A program made the translations under genes and the position numbers. Shown in pieces: positions 50,155 through 64,000 of a stretch of DNA of 64,000 bases. Where the stretch lies: the NCBI RefSeq assembly GCF_006345805.1, contig NC_043003.1:79732001-79796000 (forward strand), in the 5' to 3' direction. How positions within the stretch are numbered: the stretch's first letter is position 1; every line of letters begins with the position of its first letter. This DNA is from Octopus sinensis (lineage: Eukaryota). The notes under the pieces are model-generated. The model made no database searches. It saw only the letters and a list, made by a program, of their open reading frames with translations, and had not been told where the DNA came from.

Positions 50155-51479
50155 AGTAGGATAATCTCGTGCATTCTATACATATCACAGTTCGAAACAT
50201 AGACACGCCAAATACCTTAGATATTTTTCTCCCTTTGAAACTCATCAATCTCACTCTTAACACATGACTGCTATCTTTTGAAAATTACCTACCACACCTG
50301 AATATACTGCGCAGAACCTTGACACCTCCCGAACCTTATGATACTTAATGTTTGATAAATAGACGCAAAATCATCAGTTTTACATTAATCGTGCCTGATA
50401 ACAAATGTACTATATCTGTGAGCCCTCTTAAATAGCTAAAGCAGGTCACTGAAATCATAATCTTTGGCATATCTTTTCACACTCGCCACACAACTAAAGA
50501 TCATTTCCCAAATAGTTCACATGCAGCTGTGCAGCAGAATTAAAGATAAAGACCTCTGCCAACCTTATCGGGAAAAAACTTACTCGACTCCATTATATAC
50601 GCAACATTTATCCAGCATTGTAAGCCATGGAAAACTACCATCCAAAAAAGGAAACGTAGTACTGTGCCCCTGCACTGCAGAAGTTTTACTTTTCTCCAAA
50701 CACAAATTGTATATTCTGGTTCTTTCCCAAGAGGATATCTAAGAACTTAGCAGAAAAATTTCCATTCCACCCTCCTTAACCAGAATGGCTCTGCAAGAAA
50801 GAACCTCCGAAAAGGGAGCTTCCTCCGCTACTGCTTGATTTGCGTTCAAGCATGCAATCTGCAGCACTTATTGAAGAAATCAGTTTCCGCATTCTAAGGT
50901 CTTTAACAAGGAGATTCCTTATAAATGAATAAACTTTATATTATCAAACTATTAAGATTTACAAAGTAAAAGCATCGTCTATGTTACTGAATAACTTAAT
51001 TGCCAAAGTGCTGTTGTTCAATCGATTTATATTCTTGCTCACGGATATAAAGTTAATCGAGTCTGAAATATATTTTACTACACGCTGTTTACTTTCTGTT
51101 AGTTTATGAATCATCATTTGGGATCGGCTGAAAAAGTACGACCCTTTGAGATTAAATCAGGTTTACACACGGTTAGGCAGTTTACTCTGAGATCGTTGTG
51201 CTTCCTCTCTATAGTAATCAACTTGTATATTTTTGAATTCCTTTGGTGAGTGACATTGTGATTTTGAAGAAGAAAATTTTTGAAAAAGTAGAGTTATTAG
51301 TCTCTTACTGATTTTTTTATATCGTTGAAATATCTGAATGTTTTCATACCTTTGTCTTAAATGTCCTGAAAGCTATTTAGATACTTTTTACATCTAACTT
51401 ATTAATCATGTTGAAGCGATTAAGATGTTCTCCCGAGACACGTTTTTGTATTCCATCACACATCGTTTCTCCGGTATGT

Positions 51480-51720
51480 CAATGTCCTATATATCGTTGC
51501 CGATAACCATTCCTACGCAGATGATAACACCTTTCATTTCACCCTAACCTTCCGCACCGATGCCTTATCAACATGTAATCAGTACGCCTCACGTCAAACG
51601 AGCACAGATTCCATGAACAAAGACCTCTAAACATCCTCTAATAGGAATCTTGTCGTCTTCAACAGCAAAGATACACAGTCAGTACACATATTAAAAAAAT
51701 ATATCTCCGCCCCATGAACA
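51480..51720 (+). pseudogene. CR1/Jockey-like LINE reverse transcriptase fragment
   Basis: NHSYADDNTFH...MNKDL..NRNLVVFNSKDTQ. Confidence 0.55.
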
Positions 51721-51901
51721 CTAACAGTACACATTTACATTCTTCAAGCTCTCTACCATCACTGGGTGCAGTTCATCTTGGCAGAATTCGAATGCAAAAC
51801 GCAAAGAACTGGAAGGAATACTGCTAAGTGTTTTATTTGATGCGTTAACGATTTTTCCAGCGTTGCCTTTTACTGTATTAATAATATTAAAGTTATTAAT
51901 T

Positions 51902-52330
51902 AAGGCAGCAAGATGGCAGAAACGTTAGCACGCCGGGTAAAATGATTAACAGTATTTCGTCTGCGGTTACATTCTGAGTTCAAATTCCGTCGAGGTCGAC
52001 TTTGGCTTTCATCCTTTCGGGGTCGATAAATTAAGTACCAGTTACGCACTGGGATCAATGTAATCGACTTAATCCCTTTGTCTGTCCTTGTTTGTCCTCT
52101 CTATGTTTAGCCTTTTGTGGGCAATAAAGAAATAAGAAACGTTAGCATGCCGGGCAAAAAGCTTAGTGACATTTCGTTCATCTTCACTCTCCACTCTGAG
52201 TTCAAATTTATCTTAGGTCGACTTTGCTTTCGAGGTCGATAGAGTAAATACCAGTTAAATACTGGGGTTGGTGCAAGCAATATACCATTTCCGCGAAATT
52301 GTTAGCCTTATGCCAAAACTTGAAATCAAT
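51902..52330 (+). mobile_element. SINE family 2, tandem pair
   Basis: Full copy 51902-52135, then a restart at aaacgttagcatgccggg. Confidence 0.75.
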
Positions 52331-52700
52331 ATTTCTTTTAACTCTTCCAATTTATATTTTATAAGTTGTTTTAGTTTTTCTCTGAAGGTAATTTAAAAAA
52401 ATCGAATGTCAGTTTCTTACACAATGTTTTGCTACCGCTCTTTATTAATTTAATCTAATAAGTCGTTTCACTTACTTTGTTCTTAAGTCACCAACATTCT
52501 GTAAAATAACTATTTTAATATTTTGAAATTCATGCTTTTGTTAACCTACATGCTATTTTACTAGGTCATTATTCCACTCGTTTGCAAGACTTATTCTGGT
52601 TTACATCTACCTCGAAATATATCAGAGGTTACGTCACACATTTCAGGACTTCATTCCTTAGTGTTCTTCCAACTATAAGATTAAAGCTTTTTGAAGTATT

Positions 52701-52891
52701 TCTTTATTCTTTTACTTGTTTCAGTCAATTGACTGCGGCCATGCTGGGACACCGCCTTGAAGAATTTTTAGTCGAATGTATCCATCCCAGTACTTATTTT
52801 TTTAAAGCCTGGTATTTATTATATCGGTCTCTTTTACCAAACCGCTAAGTTACAGGGACGTAAACAAACCAACACCAGTTGTCAAATACAA

Positions 52892-52939
<48 letters not shown>

Positions 52940-53098
52940 GCAACGGGCTTCTATCGGTTTCTGTGTACAGTAGCTCCTTAGAACGCTTGGTCGAACCGAA
53001 GCAATAGCAAAAGACATGCGTAAAGTGCCACACAGTGGGATTGAACACGGCACCGTGTGATTGGGAAGGAAGCAACTTACTACCATACAACCACGCCT
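52701..53098 (-). mobile_element. tRNA-derived SINE, family 1
   Basis: Reverse complement of the family 1 sequence. Confidence 0.75.
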
Positions 53099-53734
53099 GA
53101 GTCGGTTTCTTCAACTAAACCCTATATGGTGCTTCCACACACACACATGCACACACGCGCGCACACACTAAGCAAAATAAAACAATAGCGTTATCGAGTT
53201 ACTTATCATCCACGCTATTGAGTTAGTTATCATCCTCGCGTTTCACTCACAATGAAAAATTCCATTTATATAAGGGAACTTTAGTAAGTAGAATGCATTA
53301 CCAAGTCTTCAGAGATTGCGTAACTCTCATTAGTAACGTTTTGGATTTATATATACCACACTGCAGACAACATTACAGTATTAATGATCTTAACAACTAT
53401 GGTAAATTAGATTAAATTATGTGTATATATTTATGCGTGTATATGAGTTTATAAGTATGTACGCATGTATGTGTGCGTATACATGTGCGTATATATATAC
53501 TGTGTATATGTATGTATATATACGCATATATGCATGAATGTACATATTTGTATGTGTATACACAAGCATGTGTGTGTACATGTACGCACACACATATACA
53601 CATACGTTTGTGTACGTGTGTATGTAAGTGTATATGAGTACATGTATAAGGGCGTATACACACACATGACAGAAGTAAATAGACAACCAATAAAACATAT
53701 TTATGTTTTAGGTTCTAAATGCGACTGTTTAATC

Positions 53735-54720
53735 ATGCCACGTACAAAAACCTTGGGACTGTCCCAATTTCAAACAGGTCGTATTGTGGGTAAATCTGAA
53801 GAAGGACTGAGTCAGTAAAGTCTCGCAGAAAACCTTGGGATCCCGCTTTCTACAATTAATAGAGTGGTTGTGCAATTCACCAGAGAGAGGAAGGAGTCCA
53901 CATCACCTCGCCCAGATCGACCAGGGGACTCTGAAGAGACCTTTCGCCTTGTTAAGAGAAATGTGGAGGATAATCTTCGTTACGAGTCATCTGACATAGC
54001 AGGAAAAAGTTGAATTCAGTCCCAGAACAGCTGTCAGGTATCTCCACAAACTTGGCTACTATGGCAGAGCAGCAAGAAGAAAGCCACTTCTTTGACCAGC
54101 CAATATCAAGCGGAGAAAAGATTGGATCACTAAGATGGTGGAGGAATCACTAGCATTTTAAGACACTGTCATATTCTCTGATGAGTCCAGATTTGTTGTA
54201 TTTTCTAACAGTGGTCAAGTATGGGTCTGGAAACTCTGTGATGAAATACAGCGGTTATTCTGTGATGGTCTAGGGAGCAATTTAGAGCAATGATCGATCA
54301 GAGTTAATAGAGTGTGAGGGAAACATGCAGCCAGATAAATATGTGTCCTTACCGCAGAAAGGACCCCTTCCAATTTTCTCTAGTGGTGAAATGATTAAAG
54401 AAGACTCTTTATTTAAGGAAAATGGGGCTGCCTGCCACATGTCTAAAAAGACCCAAGATTACTTGGTAGAGAATGGCATTAAAAAACTTCCATGAGCAAC
54501 CCAGTCACGAGGTATGAACCCTATTGAACACATTTGGGGCATAATGGACAGAACACCCCGTAAAATGTACAAGAAATCATCCTCAAAACCAGATATTTTG
54601 AGATTACTACATGAAACCTAGCATGAAATTCTCAAAGAGAATATTCGTCATCTGATCAACAACAAACTTAATAAGGTCCTTGCATTGAAAATTGCAAAGG
54701 GCTCGTCTACTAAATATTAA
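53735..54720 (+). pseudogene. Tc1-like transposase pseudogene
   Basis: MPRTKTLGLSQFQTGRIVG..GRAARRKPLL..VIFSDESRF..ENGAACH..MNPIEHIWG..KGSSTKY*, with multiple stops and frameshifts. Confidence 0.85.
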
Positions 54721-54879
54721 ATATTCAATTTATAATAATCAATAAATAATTGGAACATATAATTTCAGAATTAAATAAGTTTTAACGATTATAAAGGTGT
54801 GTATTTAATTCTATCATGTTTGAGTTTTTATTTACATATATATATACACACATATATATATATATATGCATATATACAT

Positions 54880-54913
<34 letters not shown>

Positions 54914-54977
54914 ACATTCATACAAACATATATATATATATATATATATAAATATATATAAATATACATACAAACAT

Positions 54978-55024
<47 letters not shown>

Positions 55025-55036
55025 CATACAAACATA

Positions 55037-55088
<52 letters not shown>

Positions 55089-56913
55089 CATACATACATA
55101 CAAATACATACATACATATATATATACGTACATACGTAACATACATACATACATGTGTGTCTGTGTATGTTGATGTATATTTTTGATATATATGCGGTAG
55201 TGAATATATGTGTATATGTGAACTAAAAATTCTGCGTTAAAGTGGACGGTAATTAGCAACCTGGTTGTCTACGCTAAGATAAATGATTGTGACTGAGATT
55301 TTTGAAACCTTATAGCTACTGATAAATATCTTCTTGTTTTCATAGACAATATGGTGACAGATGTTCTTATCTACAACGATAGAGATATTTTTTTTCTAAT
55401 TTCTTTTATCTAATTTATCGTAGTTGCTATACTCGTTGGTACCTGTATACTGTCTGCAATCCAGTACAAACACTAAAGGTTACTAATGACAGTTACGAAA
55501 TTTCTGAAGATTTAAGAATGCAATCAAGAAATATAGTTACTAATTTGCACTTGAAGCCAGCAATGTTTGAAGAAGGGCGTTAGTCGACACCATAGTTCTA
55601 GTATTATATTTTTATCGACTGGGGATGGAAGAAAGACAAAACTGACCGCCGCTGGATTTGAACTCAGAACGTGAAAATATGGAGGTAATACTGCATACCT
55701 TTTTATACGACTCTTTAGAGATTCTGGCAATAAAATACAACACACACACACACGCGTGCACGCACACACACACACACACTCACACACTCACACACACACA
55801 CACACACACACATACACACACACAAACATATATATACACACACATATACATGCATATAAACACATATACATATATATACACACACATATATATATATATA
55901 TACATCTCTCTATATATATATGTATATATAAATACAATGAATATACTACACACACATTTACATATATAAACATATATATATACCTATATATAAATACAAT
56001 AAATATACTATATATCAACTAGGAATGTTCTTTACAATAATGTACTTCCACGGAATAGAAAATTGAATTCATTGAGTGGATGACGTTGTCAGTCTTGACA
56101 GTTATGACAAATACAGTAACATTGGGTAGGGGAGAGGTTTGGGTGTAACTTTCAAATTAGTCAATAACATTTCTGACAGTCTAAAAGCTTCTCACGCTTA
56201 TAGATTAGTTGTCTTCAGCTGTTTGGTAAGGGCAGCTTCTATAATACACATATTCCCGAAAGCCCTAAAAGAAGCTGTAATTTCTGTATTTTGACAAAAT
56301 TCGTTTTCTTTTCTTCAGTGTATGAGGTGATATTACAGTCTTTATTCGGCAAGGAAATACAGTTTGTCAAGGCTTTCGACAGAAATATAAGTAATTTGCG
56401 TATAGAAAAAGATGATCTAATCAAACGTGTGAAGCGATTTATCAACAAAATATGATATTCTGCGTTGCAAGACAGTGGATGATTTGATTGTCAACTCTCT
56501 ATGTTATTGTTGTTCTTTGGTTCTAAATCGGATGTGATTGCGCAGGCCTATAATAAAAGACATTCCATCTGTGACAATTCTGCCTTTTCAAGTTGTGTAT
56601 CCAGGAATACATTATTGGTTTCAAAATTTAACACAAGGTCAGCAATTTTAATGGTCAGCAATTTTAAAAGCACTCCACACAAGTGCTCAGCTGGTACTTA
56701 TTTTCTCGATCCATAAAGATTCAAAGGCAAAGTCGATCCCGGCGGAATTTTTACTCAGAAAGTAAAGATGGCCTAAATCCCGCTAAGCATTTGGCCCGAC
56801 ATGCTAATCGTTCTACCAGTTCGCTACCTTTAACTACGAATGCATTTTTGAATGTAGAATTAACAACTGAGCAAGTTGCTTGTTGTTTCTAACTGGTTGA
56901 GCAATCTCGTATA

Positions 56914-57083
56914 TAGGGCTGCCTTAACCGCATTACAGATCCCCGGGCAGGTCAATAAACTGGGACCATTACTAATTAGTTATTTACAGTAAGCAACAGA
57001 ATGCATACTTAAAAAGTCGGGCTCCTCGACCTGTGAGGCCCCTGGGCAAATGCCTGGTATGCCTATGCCTTAAAACGGCTCTG
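56914..57083. mobile_element. hAT-type MITE (170 bp)
   Basis: 8-bp TSD ctcgtata (56906-56913 and 57084-57091), imperfect TIRs tagggctgccttaa / ttaaaacggctctg. Confidence 0.7.
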
Positions 57084-57429
57084 CTCGTATAGACTCTCTC
57101 ATTTGGTCATGAATATAGGTTTTAGTCAGGAAGGAAGGCAGTGCCCATGACCATTTACATGGCATCGGAGGTGAGGAGGGAGGGGTAGGCATCCTCAAAC
57201 CTGTGATCTGATTCGAATCCTTACAACAGAGTCGACCCACGAACGGCACTCAAAAAAACCAAGTGATGGTGGTATTATATCAAGCGACGGATAAGTCGGT
57301 TAATCGGGTGGTGGTACGCCGAAGAAAATAAATGGTTTTGCATTCTGTCTACGAGGTCGACTTTGTTGCCATTCCAATAAAATAAGAACCACTAATATAT
57401 TGGTTTCAAGGCCAGCAGTTTTGCGGGAG

Positions 57430-57835
57430 AGGTTAAGTCGATTACATCGGTCCCAGTGTTCAATTGGTACTTATTTTATCGACTTCGAAGGATGAAAGGC
57501 AACGTCGACCCTGGCGGCATTTGAACTCAGACCGTGAATACGGACGAAATGCCGCTAAGCATTTTGCTCAGCGAACTAATGATTCAGCCAGCTTACCGCC
57601 TTAGAACTAGTAATATATTGGTTTCGAATTTTGGCAGAATGCCAGCAGTTTCTGGGGAGGCGGTAAGTCGATTATATCTGTTCCAGTATTCAACTGGTAC
57701 TTATTTTATTGACCCCAAAAGAATGAAAGTCAAAGTCGACCTTGGTGGAATTTGAACTCAGAATGTAAAGACGGAGTATGTACTGCTAAGCATTTTCCCC
57801 GGTCTCCTAACGATTCTGCCAACCTGCCGCCTTAA
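57430..57835 (-). mobile_element. Two adjacent SINE family 2 copies
   Basis: The body motif gtcgacc(c/t)tgg(c/t)gg(c/a)atttgaactcaga occurs twice. Confidence 0.75.
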
Positions 57836-58758
57836 GGAAGCAGTAACATATTGATATCGAATAAATTTAAATATAAAGCTGCCAAGTGTGCACTCGTCTA
57901 GGAATGAGCCCTAATTTTAGAGTGGTCGATTTAACCTGTTGGCCATTTGAACACCACCAACTGCATCTTGGCTGACTTTAGCGGAGTCCTTTCTGTTGTA
58001 AATAACCAGGCCTGGTCTTATCTGACGATAAGTCCTCTCTCCTTTCCACCAACCGCTGAAACATTTATCGTGATATAGGCCTTGCCTTTCCTCTTGTGGT
58101 TAAGCAATTAAAATAGAGTAAAAAAAAATAACTCAGAAAATTAATCTCTTTCGTTTCAAAATTGTCACGCTGTGTACAACTAAGTTAGACATCATTAATA
58201 GGACATTATTTAAAAAAAACAACAAAAACAATCTCGCTTTACATTTCGGGAAGTGATTAATATCAGTCGATAGTGATTTAGTGTCGTTCTTCATAAACTA
58301 ATTAGTTTACAACAAGAAATACAGCGAACAATATTTTTTAAAAGACTTACAGAATTCTTAGACAATGAAGGTAATTAAAGATTAATATAATTCAGTCATT
58401 CTATTTAATTAAAAATGGAACAGTTCTAGGAATATTTGCGACCAAATTTAGACTAAGTGGTAATTCGTAAAATTCATTATAAAATTATTCTTATAGCGTT
58501 CAGTTAATCCTGGAAATGAGTTAAATTGTGTTTTATTTTCTGTGTCATATTTGTATTTTATTTCTTACATTTATTCTATACAGCAAATGGTGAGAAATAA
58601 CATCGTTGCTTTCAAGCTTTCAACAAGGATCCAATCAATGGATCGATGCATGGAGTTCCCAACGTCTTAGTTTCATTCCGATATTATGAAAAGCAAAGGA
58701 ATTAAATGAGATAAGGCGAAAGCATGGCTGTGAGGAGGAGTCCAATTCGTGTGTGTGT

Positions 58759-58793
<35 letters not shown>

Positions 58794-59169
58794 TGTGTGT
58801 GTATTCTTTTATTCAATTCTCCTTTTACTTGTTTCAAGGACTTATTATTTGTAAGCTTAGTACTTATTCTATCGCTTTCTTTTGCCGAACTGCTAAGTTA
58901 CAGGGGCGTAAACACACCAACATCGGTTGACAAACAGACACGAAGACACACATGCATAGTTACACACACACAAGGCTTTGGATGTCAAGGGTGAAGAGAA
59001 GATTAGAGGGGCCAGGAAGGAAGGAGAAAGAGTTGAACATATATAGTTACAACTATGATGTTGTAGGTACAACATGTTCTTTGTCTACCTCCTTAACGTC
59101 TTGGAGATCTTAGATAAAATTATACTAATGTATCTTCCTGTTCTAATTTAATTAAATTCTATGTCTTTG

Positions 59170-59261
59170 TGCAGCTGAAGATTGCTCTAAATTTTAAATT
59201 GATGTAATGAAATGATTGCATTGTTCAATTAAATGGAGTTGCATGAAACGATCGTACTGCA
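59170..59261 (+). ncRNA. Type I hammerhead with long AU-rich stem II
   Basis: UGCAG-CUGAAGA-[~63-nt stem II, e.g. aauuga/ucaauu]-GAAA-CGAUCG-UA-CUGCA. Stem I is a perfect 5 bp and stem III is the palindrome ACGAUCGU. Confidence 0.7.
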
Positions 59262-59369
59262 TTAACTCTGGATATCCTTGTTGCTTATTTTGATTTTAAT
59301 CAACTTATGTATATATATATATATATACACTTATATGAGTATATTTATATACACTTATATAAGTATATT

Positions 59370-59513
59370 TATTTTTTCTGTGTCCCTTTCTGTGGAAAAG
59401 CGTAGGCTCGAAACGTAAAAGACTGTTTCTATTCCTGAGCGTTATACTAATACATCTGTTTGTTTTGTACACCACCTGTCTTCGTCTTTTGTTTTTGTTT
59501 CGTAAACTCTCCC
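59370..59513 (+). mobile_element. Solo terminal-repeat fragment of the Neptune-like PLE, with HHR variant at 59385-59422
   Basis: Matches the reverse complement of 21905-22045. The motif is CUGUGGA-A-AAGC(GUAG)GCUC-GAAA-CG-UA. AT-rich microsatellite on both flanks. Confidence 0.75.
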
Positions 59514-59536
59514 TATATATATATATATATATATAT

Positions 59537-59591
<55 letters not shown>

Positions 59592-59679
59592 ATATATATA
59601 TATATATATATAATAATATATATATAATATATATATATATTATATGTATATATATATGTATATATAAATATATATGTAT

Positions 59680-59710
<31 letters not shown>

Positions 59711-59964
59711 AATATATATATAAATATATAAATATATATATATAATATATATATAATATATATATATATAAATAAATAAATATATATATATAATTATATA
59801 TATATATATACATATATATATATGCATACATATATATATTTACATATATATATACATATATATATAGTTACATATATATATATATTTACATATATGTATA
59901 TATATATATATATATTTACATATATATATTTGCATATATATATATATATTTACGTATATATATT

Positions 59965-60006
<42 letters not shown>
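59514..60006. repeat. Long degenerate (AT)n tract
   Basis: Directly visible. Confidence 0.9.
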
Positions 60007-60007
<1 letters not shown>

Positions 60008-60330
60008 GCATATATATTCAAATATAAAATACACTGATTTATTTTGAGATTGCTAGTGTTAACAATACCCGCAAATAGAATACAGACTGGAGTTGTAGTG
60101 CTCCAAGCGAGCTATATTCCGCTTAATAATTTCAATGGAGGCAATGCAAGCGGAAACTAGAGGAACATAGTTAATAACCACACTCAAAATCAAATATATA
60201 CATATATTCTTCTACATTTATAAAACAGTTATAAAAATTCCAAATATATAATTATAAAAATATGTATAAATATATAAATATCGATGTGATACATGAAATA
60301 CAGTGAATTTCAGATTTAAGAATTATAATA

Positions 60331-61600
60331 TTGGGTTGGCAACTAAGTTCCCGCCGTTTTTTTTTAATTTTGAAATTTATTGCGTTTTTAAATTTTGGTA
60401 TCTATTTTTTTAGAGAATTCTATTTTTGAATCATTTTGGAATCTATTTTTTTTTCTAGTTAAATTTAGTTTATTTTCAGATCATTAAAATGGAATGTCAA
60501 GTTAAGAAATACGAGCATTTTCGACACCTCCATCTTTTTGCTTTTAATCAAGGTTCTAAGACGACAAAAGCTGCTCGGACATTTTTGCTGTGTATGGAAA
60601 GTGTCCCGTAGATGAAAGAACCACTCGTGATTGGTATGCCAAGTTCAAAAATGGAAATTTTTACCTCAAAGACGCACGTTGTTCTGGCCGTCTAGTTGAA
60701 TTGGATGAAGAGCGATTAAACCAACTTTTGAACGAAAATTCTCGTCAAACGACAAGGGAATTGGTAGAGAAAATAGAATGCTCCCACGCAGCTATAGAGA
60801 AGCATCTTCACTCGATGGGAAAGGTTCAGAAGTATGGCGCATGGGTTCCGCATGCTTTAAGTGACAACAAAAAAGTCAACGAGCCACAATCTCCGCTGGT
60901 TTGCTTGCTTGTTACCGCTCAACTCATGGACACGAGCAGCGATTTCTTTACCGAATCTTTACTGGGGACGGAAAATGGTACCTGTTCTTCAATATGAAGT
61001 AGCATAAAGAATGGCTTAGCCCCGGTAAACAAGCGACACCGCGGGTGAAACGAGATCTTCATCCGCGTAAAACGATGTTGTGCGTATGGTGGGACTGGGA
61101 AGGGATTATCCATTACGAATTGCTTGAACGGAATCAAACGGTCAACGCGGAACTCTATGTTCAACAAATGGAACGACTCAACACGGCTATTTAAGAGAAA
61201 AGACCTAATCGTCAGCATGAGTTCAGCTGCACGACGACGCACGCCCACATATCGCCAATATGACCAAGAAAGCCATTCAAACGCATGGCTGGGAAGTGCT
61301 GACACACCCACCGTACTCTCCTGATTTGGCACTGATTTCCACCTCTTTCGATCTCTTTCAAATGCTATGCGCAGAGTTTCGTTCAATACTGATGCAAAAT
61401 TGAGAGCTTGTTTGGATCAATTTTTCGAGTCGAAATCGGGTGATTTCTACCAACGAGATATTGAAAATCTCGTTGAACGTTGGGAAGAAGTTGTAAACAA
61501 CAAGGGTGAATACATTATTGATGAATTATTTGTTATTTTTATTAAACATATTAAGAAATTTAAATTTAAAAAAACGGCGGTAACTTAGTTGCCAACCCAA
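60331..61600 (+). mobile_element. Near full-length mariner element (1270 bp), transposase disabled
   Basis: TIRs ttgggttggcaactaagtt / aacttagttgccaacccaa, TA duplication at 60329-60330 and 61601-61602. ATG at 60489, motifs WVPHAL, TGDGKW, HDDARPH and HPPYSPDLA, with frameshifts and stops. Confidence 0.95.
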
Positions 61601-63652
61601 TACATTGGTGTAATAAAAATTTGAGGTGATAAAACATTAAAAAGATGTACTAAAATACCACGAAAATAATACAAAAATTTAAAAATTCCATCTACGGGCT
61701 GTTTCAGAGACGTGTCAAGTGGATAATTTAAATTTCCATATATTGACCGTTGAAATGACATAATCCAATGTTTATTACAGGGAAGAATTGTCATTATACT
61801 TATCCGCAAAATACGCTTTAAACTGAACATTTAGTACTAAATAAAAATTAGCATAAATTTTGTGTTTAGCAAAGTCGCCTATCCTTTATAGTATGATACA
61901 TAATTATCATAAACCATTTATTGCTAACTCTTCATTATCAGATATTTATTCTGATTAGTGATTAATATTATAGCAATATACTATTATATTATATTGATAT
62001 AATGGCAGTATCACGGAGGGAGCCTGCTGTATGGTTTTATTGCATGCAACTTATAAGACGCAGTTAGTTTGAAATCGCGATTCCTCTATTGTTCGTTTTG
62101 CATATTTACTTTTGGAAATATGATAGCTAAATTGTCTTAGAGAGAGCATGATTATAAATAGGTTCTTATTAATTCCCATGCCCTATGTCGTGTTATGTGA
62201 TGCACAAACACAAACAAACGCACACACACATACAGACATACACATGCATACACACGCACTCGTACACACATACACATACATTTGAATCTGCATGTGTGCA
62301 TATTTGTGTCGGAGCATACATGAAGCAATGTGTGAAACAGGATATTTCCAGCTATATGGTTGAAATTGTAAATTTTGTTTTGGTTGTATAGAGTGAAGAA
62401 GGAAATGGCCTTTAGAATTGTGTTGTCACTGGTTTCGCACAGATTTTTCACATTCTATGTGTTTACTGTTAGCGTGGCTTGAAACTACACGAAGCAGGTT
62501 ATTCAGTAGCTTATGCGCTCGCTTCAGGAGATCTTAACACATACGTTTCTCCATGCTCTTCCGAATACATATGCACATGCTCACGTATATATAAATGTAT
62601 TCATTCCATATATTTAAATGCATTCATTCTTTCACCATCTCTCTCTCTCTCTGTACACACACACGTATAGATTCACAGACACACACATGTACATGCAAAC
62701 TTACACATTCTCTTTTTGTATTCGATTCTCTCGTCTTTCGCAGCCCCTACACATAAAGTTATGTGGCGAAATACACAAACACACACACACGTATTTGTTT
62801 ATATAATGTAGGATCAGTCGAAGGATCGCGGTAAAAGCCAATTGGCTAGTCTTCATTATAGACACGACTTGTATAAAACATCAATAAAATTTATTAACCA
62901 ATGCATCAAATATATTTCGTCTCATTTCGAAATCACGCAGAAAATTTCTATGACTGGTGCTACGTAACTCCATTTCGAAAGTAAAAAAATAAATGTGATA
63001 ATAAAATCTGTAAACAAAGGAGATGGAAGGGGTAGTTGAGTACTACAGCTGTTTCAAAAGTACATTGAATATATTTTACGTAAGTTTACGAATGTCCGGA
63101 GGACGCCCGACTGTTTACTTGAAAATAGTCCACCGTACTGCAGAAACAAAAGAAAGCGGGCTAGCACAAAGAATAAAAAATGTATGAGTGGAGACTAGAA
63201 TCGGTAAAAAAACTAAGGGAGTATCCTACTCAGAGATTACCTTAGTGAGATAGATGGGTGGGGGAATAATTTCGTTACCAGCGTATGCAAATTGCTGTAG
63301 TGGCTAGTGTAGATTATAGTCTCATTCATGTATCTGTGGCGTCAATAAAGAGTAGCCGGTGCGCGATAGCGTGGACATTTATAGATTATGATACATAAAT
63401 ATAAGTAATACAAGCTCATATGGGGCGGGGGGATAGGGAAGAGGCGGACAGGAAAGAGGAAAGTTAAAAAATAAAGTACTAGTATGTATACACTCATGAA
63501 TAGCCTAATCCACCGACACGCAAAAACTGCACAGACCTACAGTTACAAAGCGTATCACTATATACATATAACTTTAGGCACACATAAATATAAGCAATAC
63601 ACACACACACACACACACATACACACATACAACACACACACACACAGACACA

Positions 63653-63719
<67 letters not shown>

Positions 63720-63876
63720 AGTGTGTTTAAAAAGGTTAATTGAAAGCGCTCACACACGAGGAAAAACTTCTTCCCAAAAAGGGTTAGTAACGTTCTGATA
63801 AGAGATTTTATAACTTTCTTAAAAATCAATAAAAAAAATCCCTTCATACTTAAAAACTGTATGAAGTAATTTTCAT

Positions 63877-63916
<40 letters not shown>

Positions 63917-64000
63917 CTATGAAAATTACAGTTCAATATGTGACCGCGTGTGTATCGTTGGCGATTTTCTTTCTCCGTCTTCCCTTCCTTGGACCTTTCC

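Overview
AT-rich, microsatellite- and transposon-saturated eukaryotic DNA. The SINE families resemble those I recall from Octopus, so a cephalopod intergenic or intronic region is inferred. No host protein-coding exon could be supported. There is one apparently genuine tRNA-Thr(AGT) gene. The rest is mobile-element material: many tRNA-headed SINEs, two Penelope-like element (PLE) fragments, three L1/Tx1-clade LINE pieces, RTE and CR1/Jockey-like LINE scraps, a near-complete mariner, Tc1, maT-like, Tigger-like and Chapaev3-like transposase pseudogenes, and three MITEs. The main result is non-coding: four unrelated families of type I hammerhead ribozyme (HHR) motifs. (1) A ~477-bp tandem array at 12.45-15.92 kb carries one HHR per unit, a retrozyme-like satellite, with a Tx1-type LINE inserted (15-bp TSD) and an inverted terminal unit. 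(2) A tRNA-head + (AAT)n + HHR SINE-like element occurs twice as head-to-head inverted pairs. (3) An HHR variant sits in the terminal repeat of a Neptune-like PLE. (4) A long-stem-II HHR lies at 59.2 kb. The array, the tRNA-HHR element and two PLE-like repeats share a 5'-inverted-duplication architecture, suggesting non-autonomous ribozyme retroelements mobilised by PLEs. Two copies of one Tx1-like LINE family both sit inside (ATCT)n microsatellites. All structures and alignments were read by eye; no folding or database searches were run.
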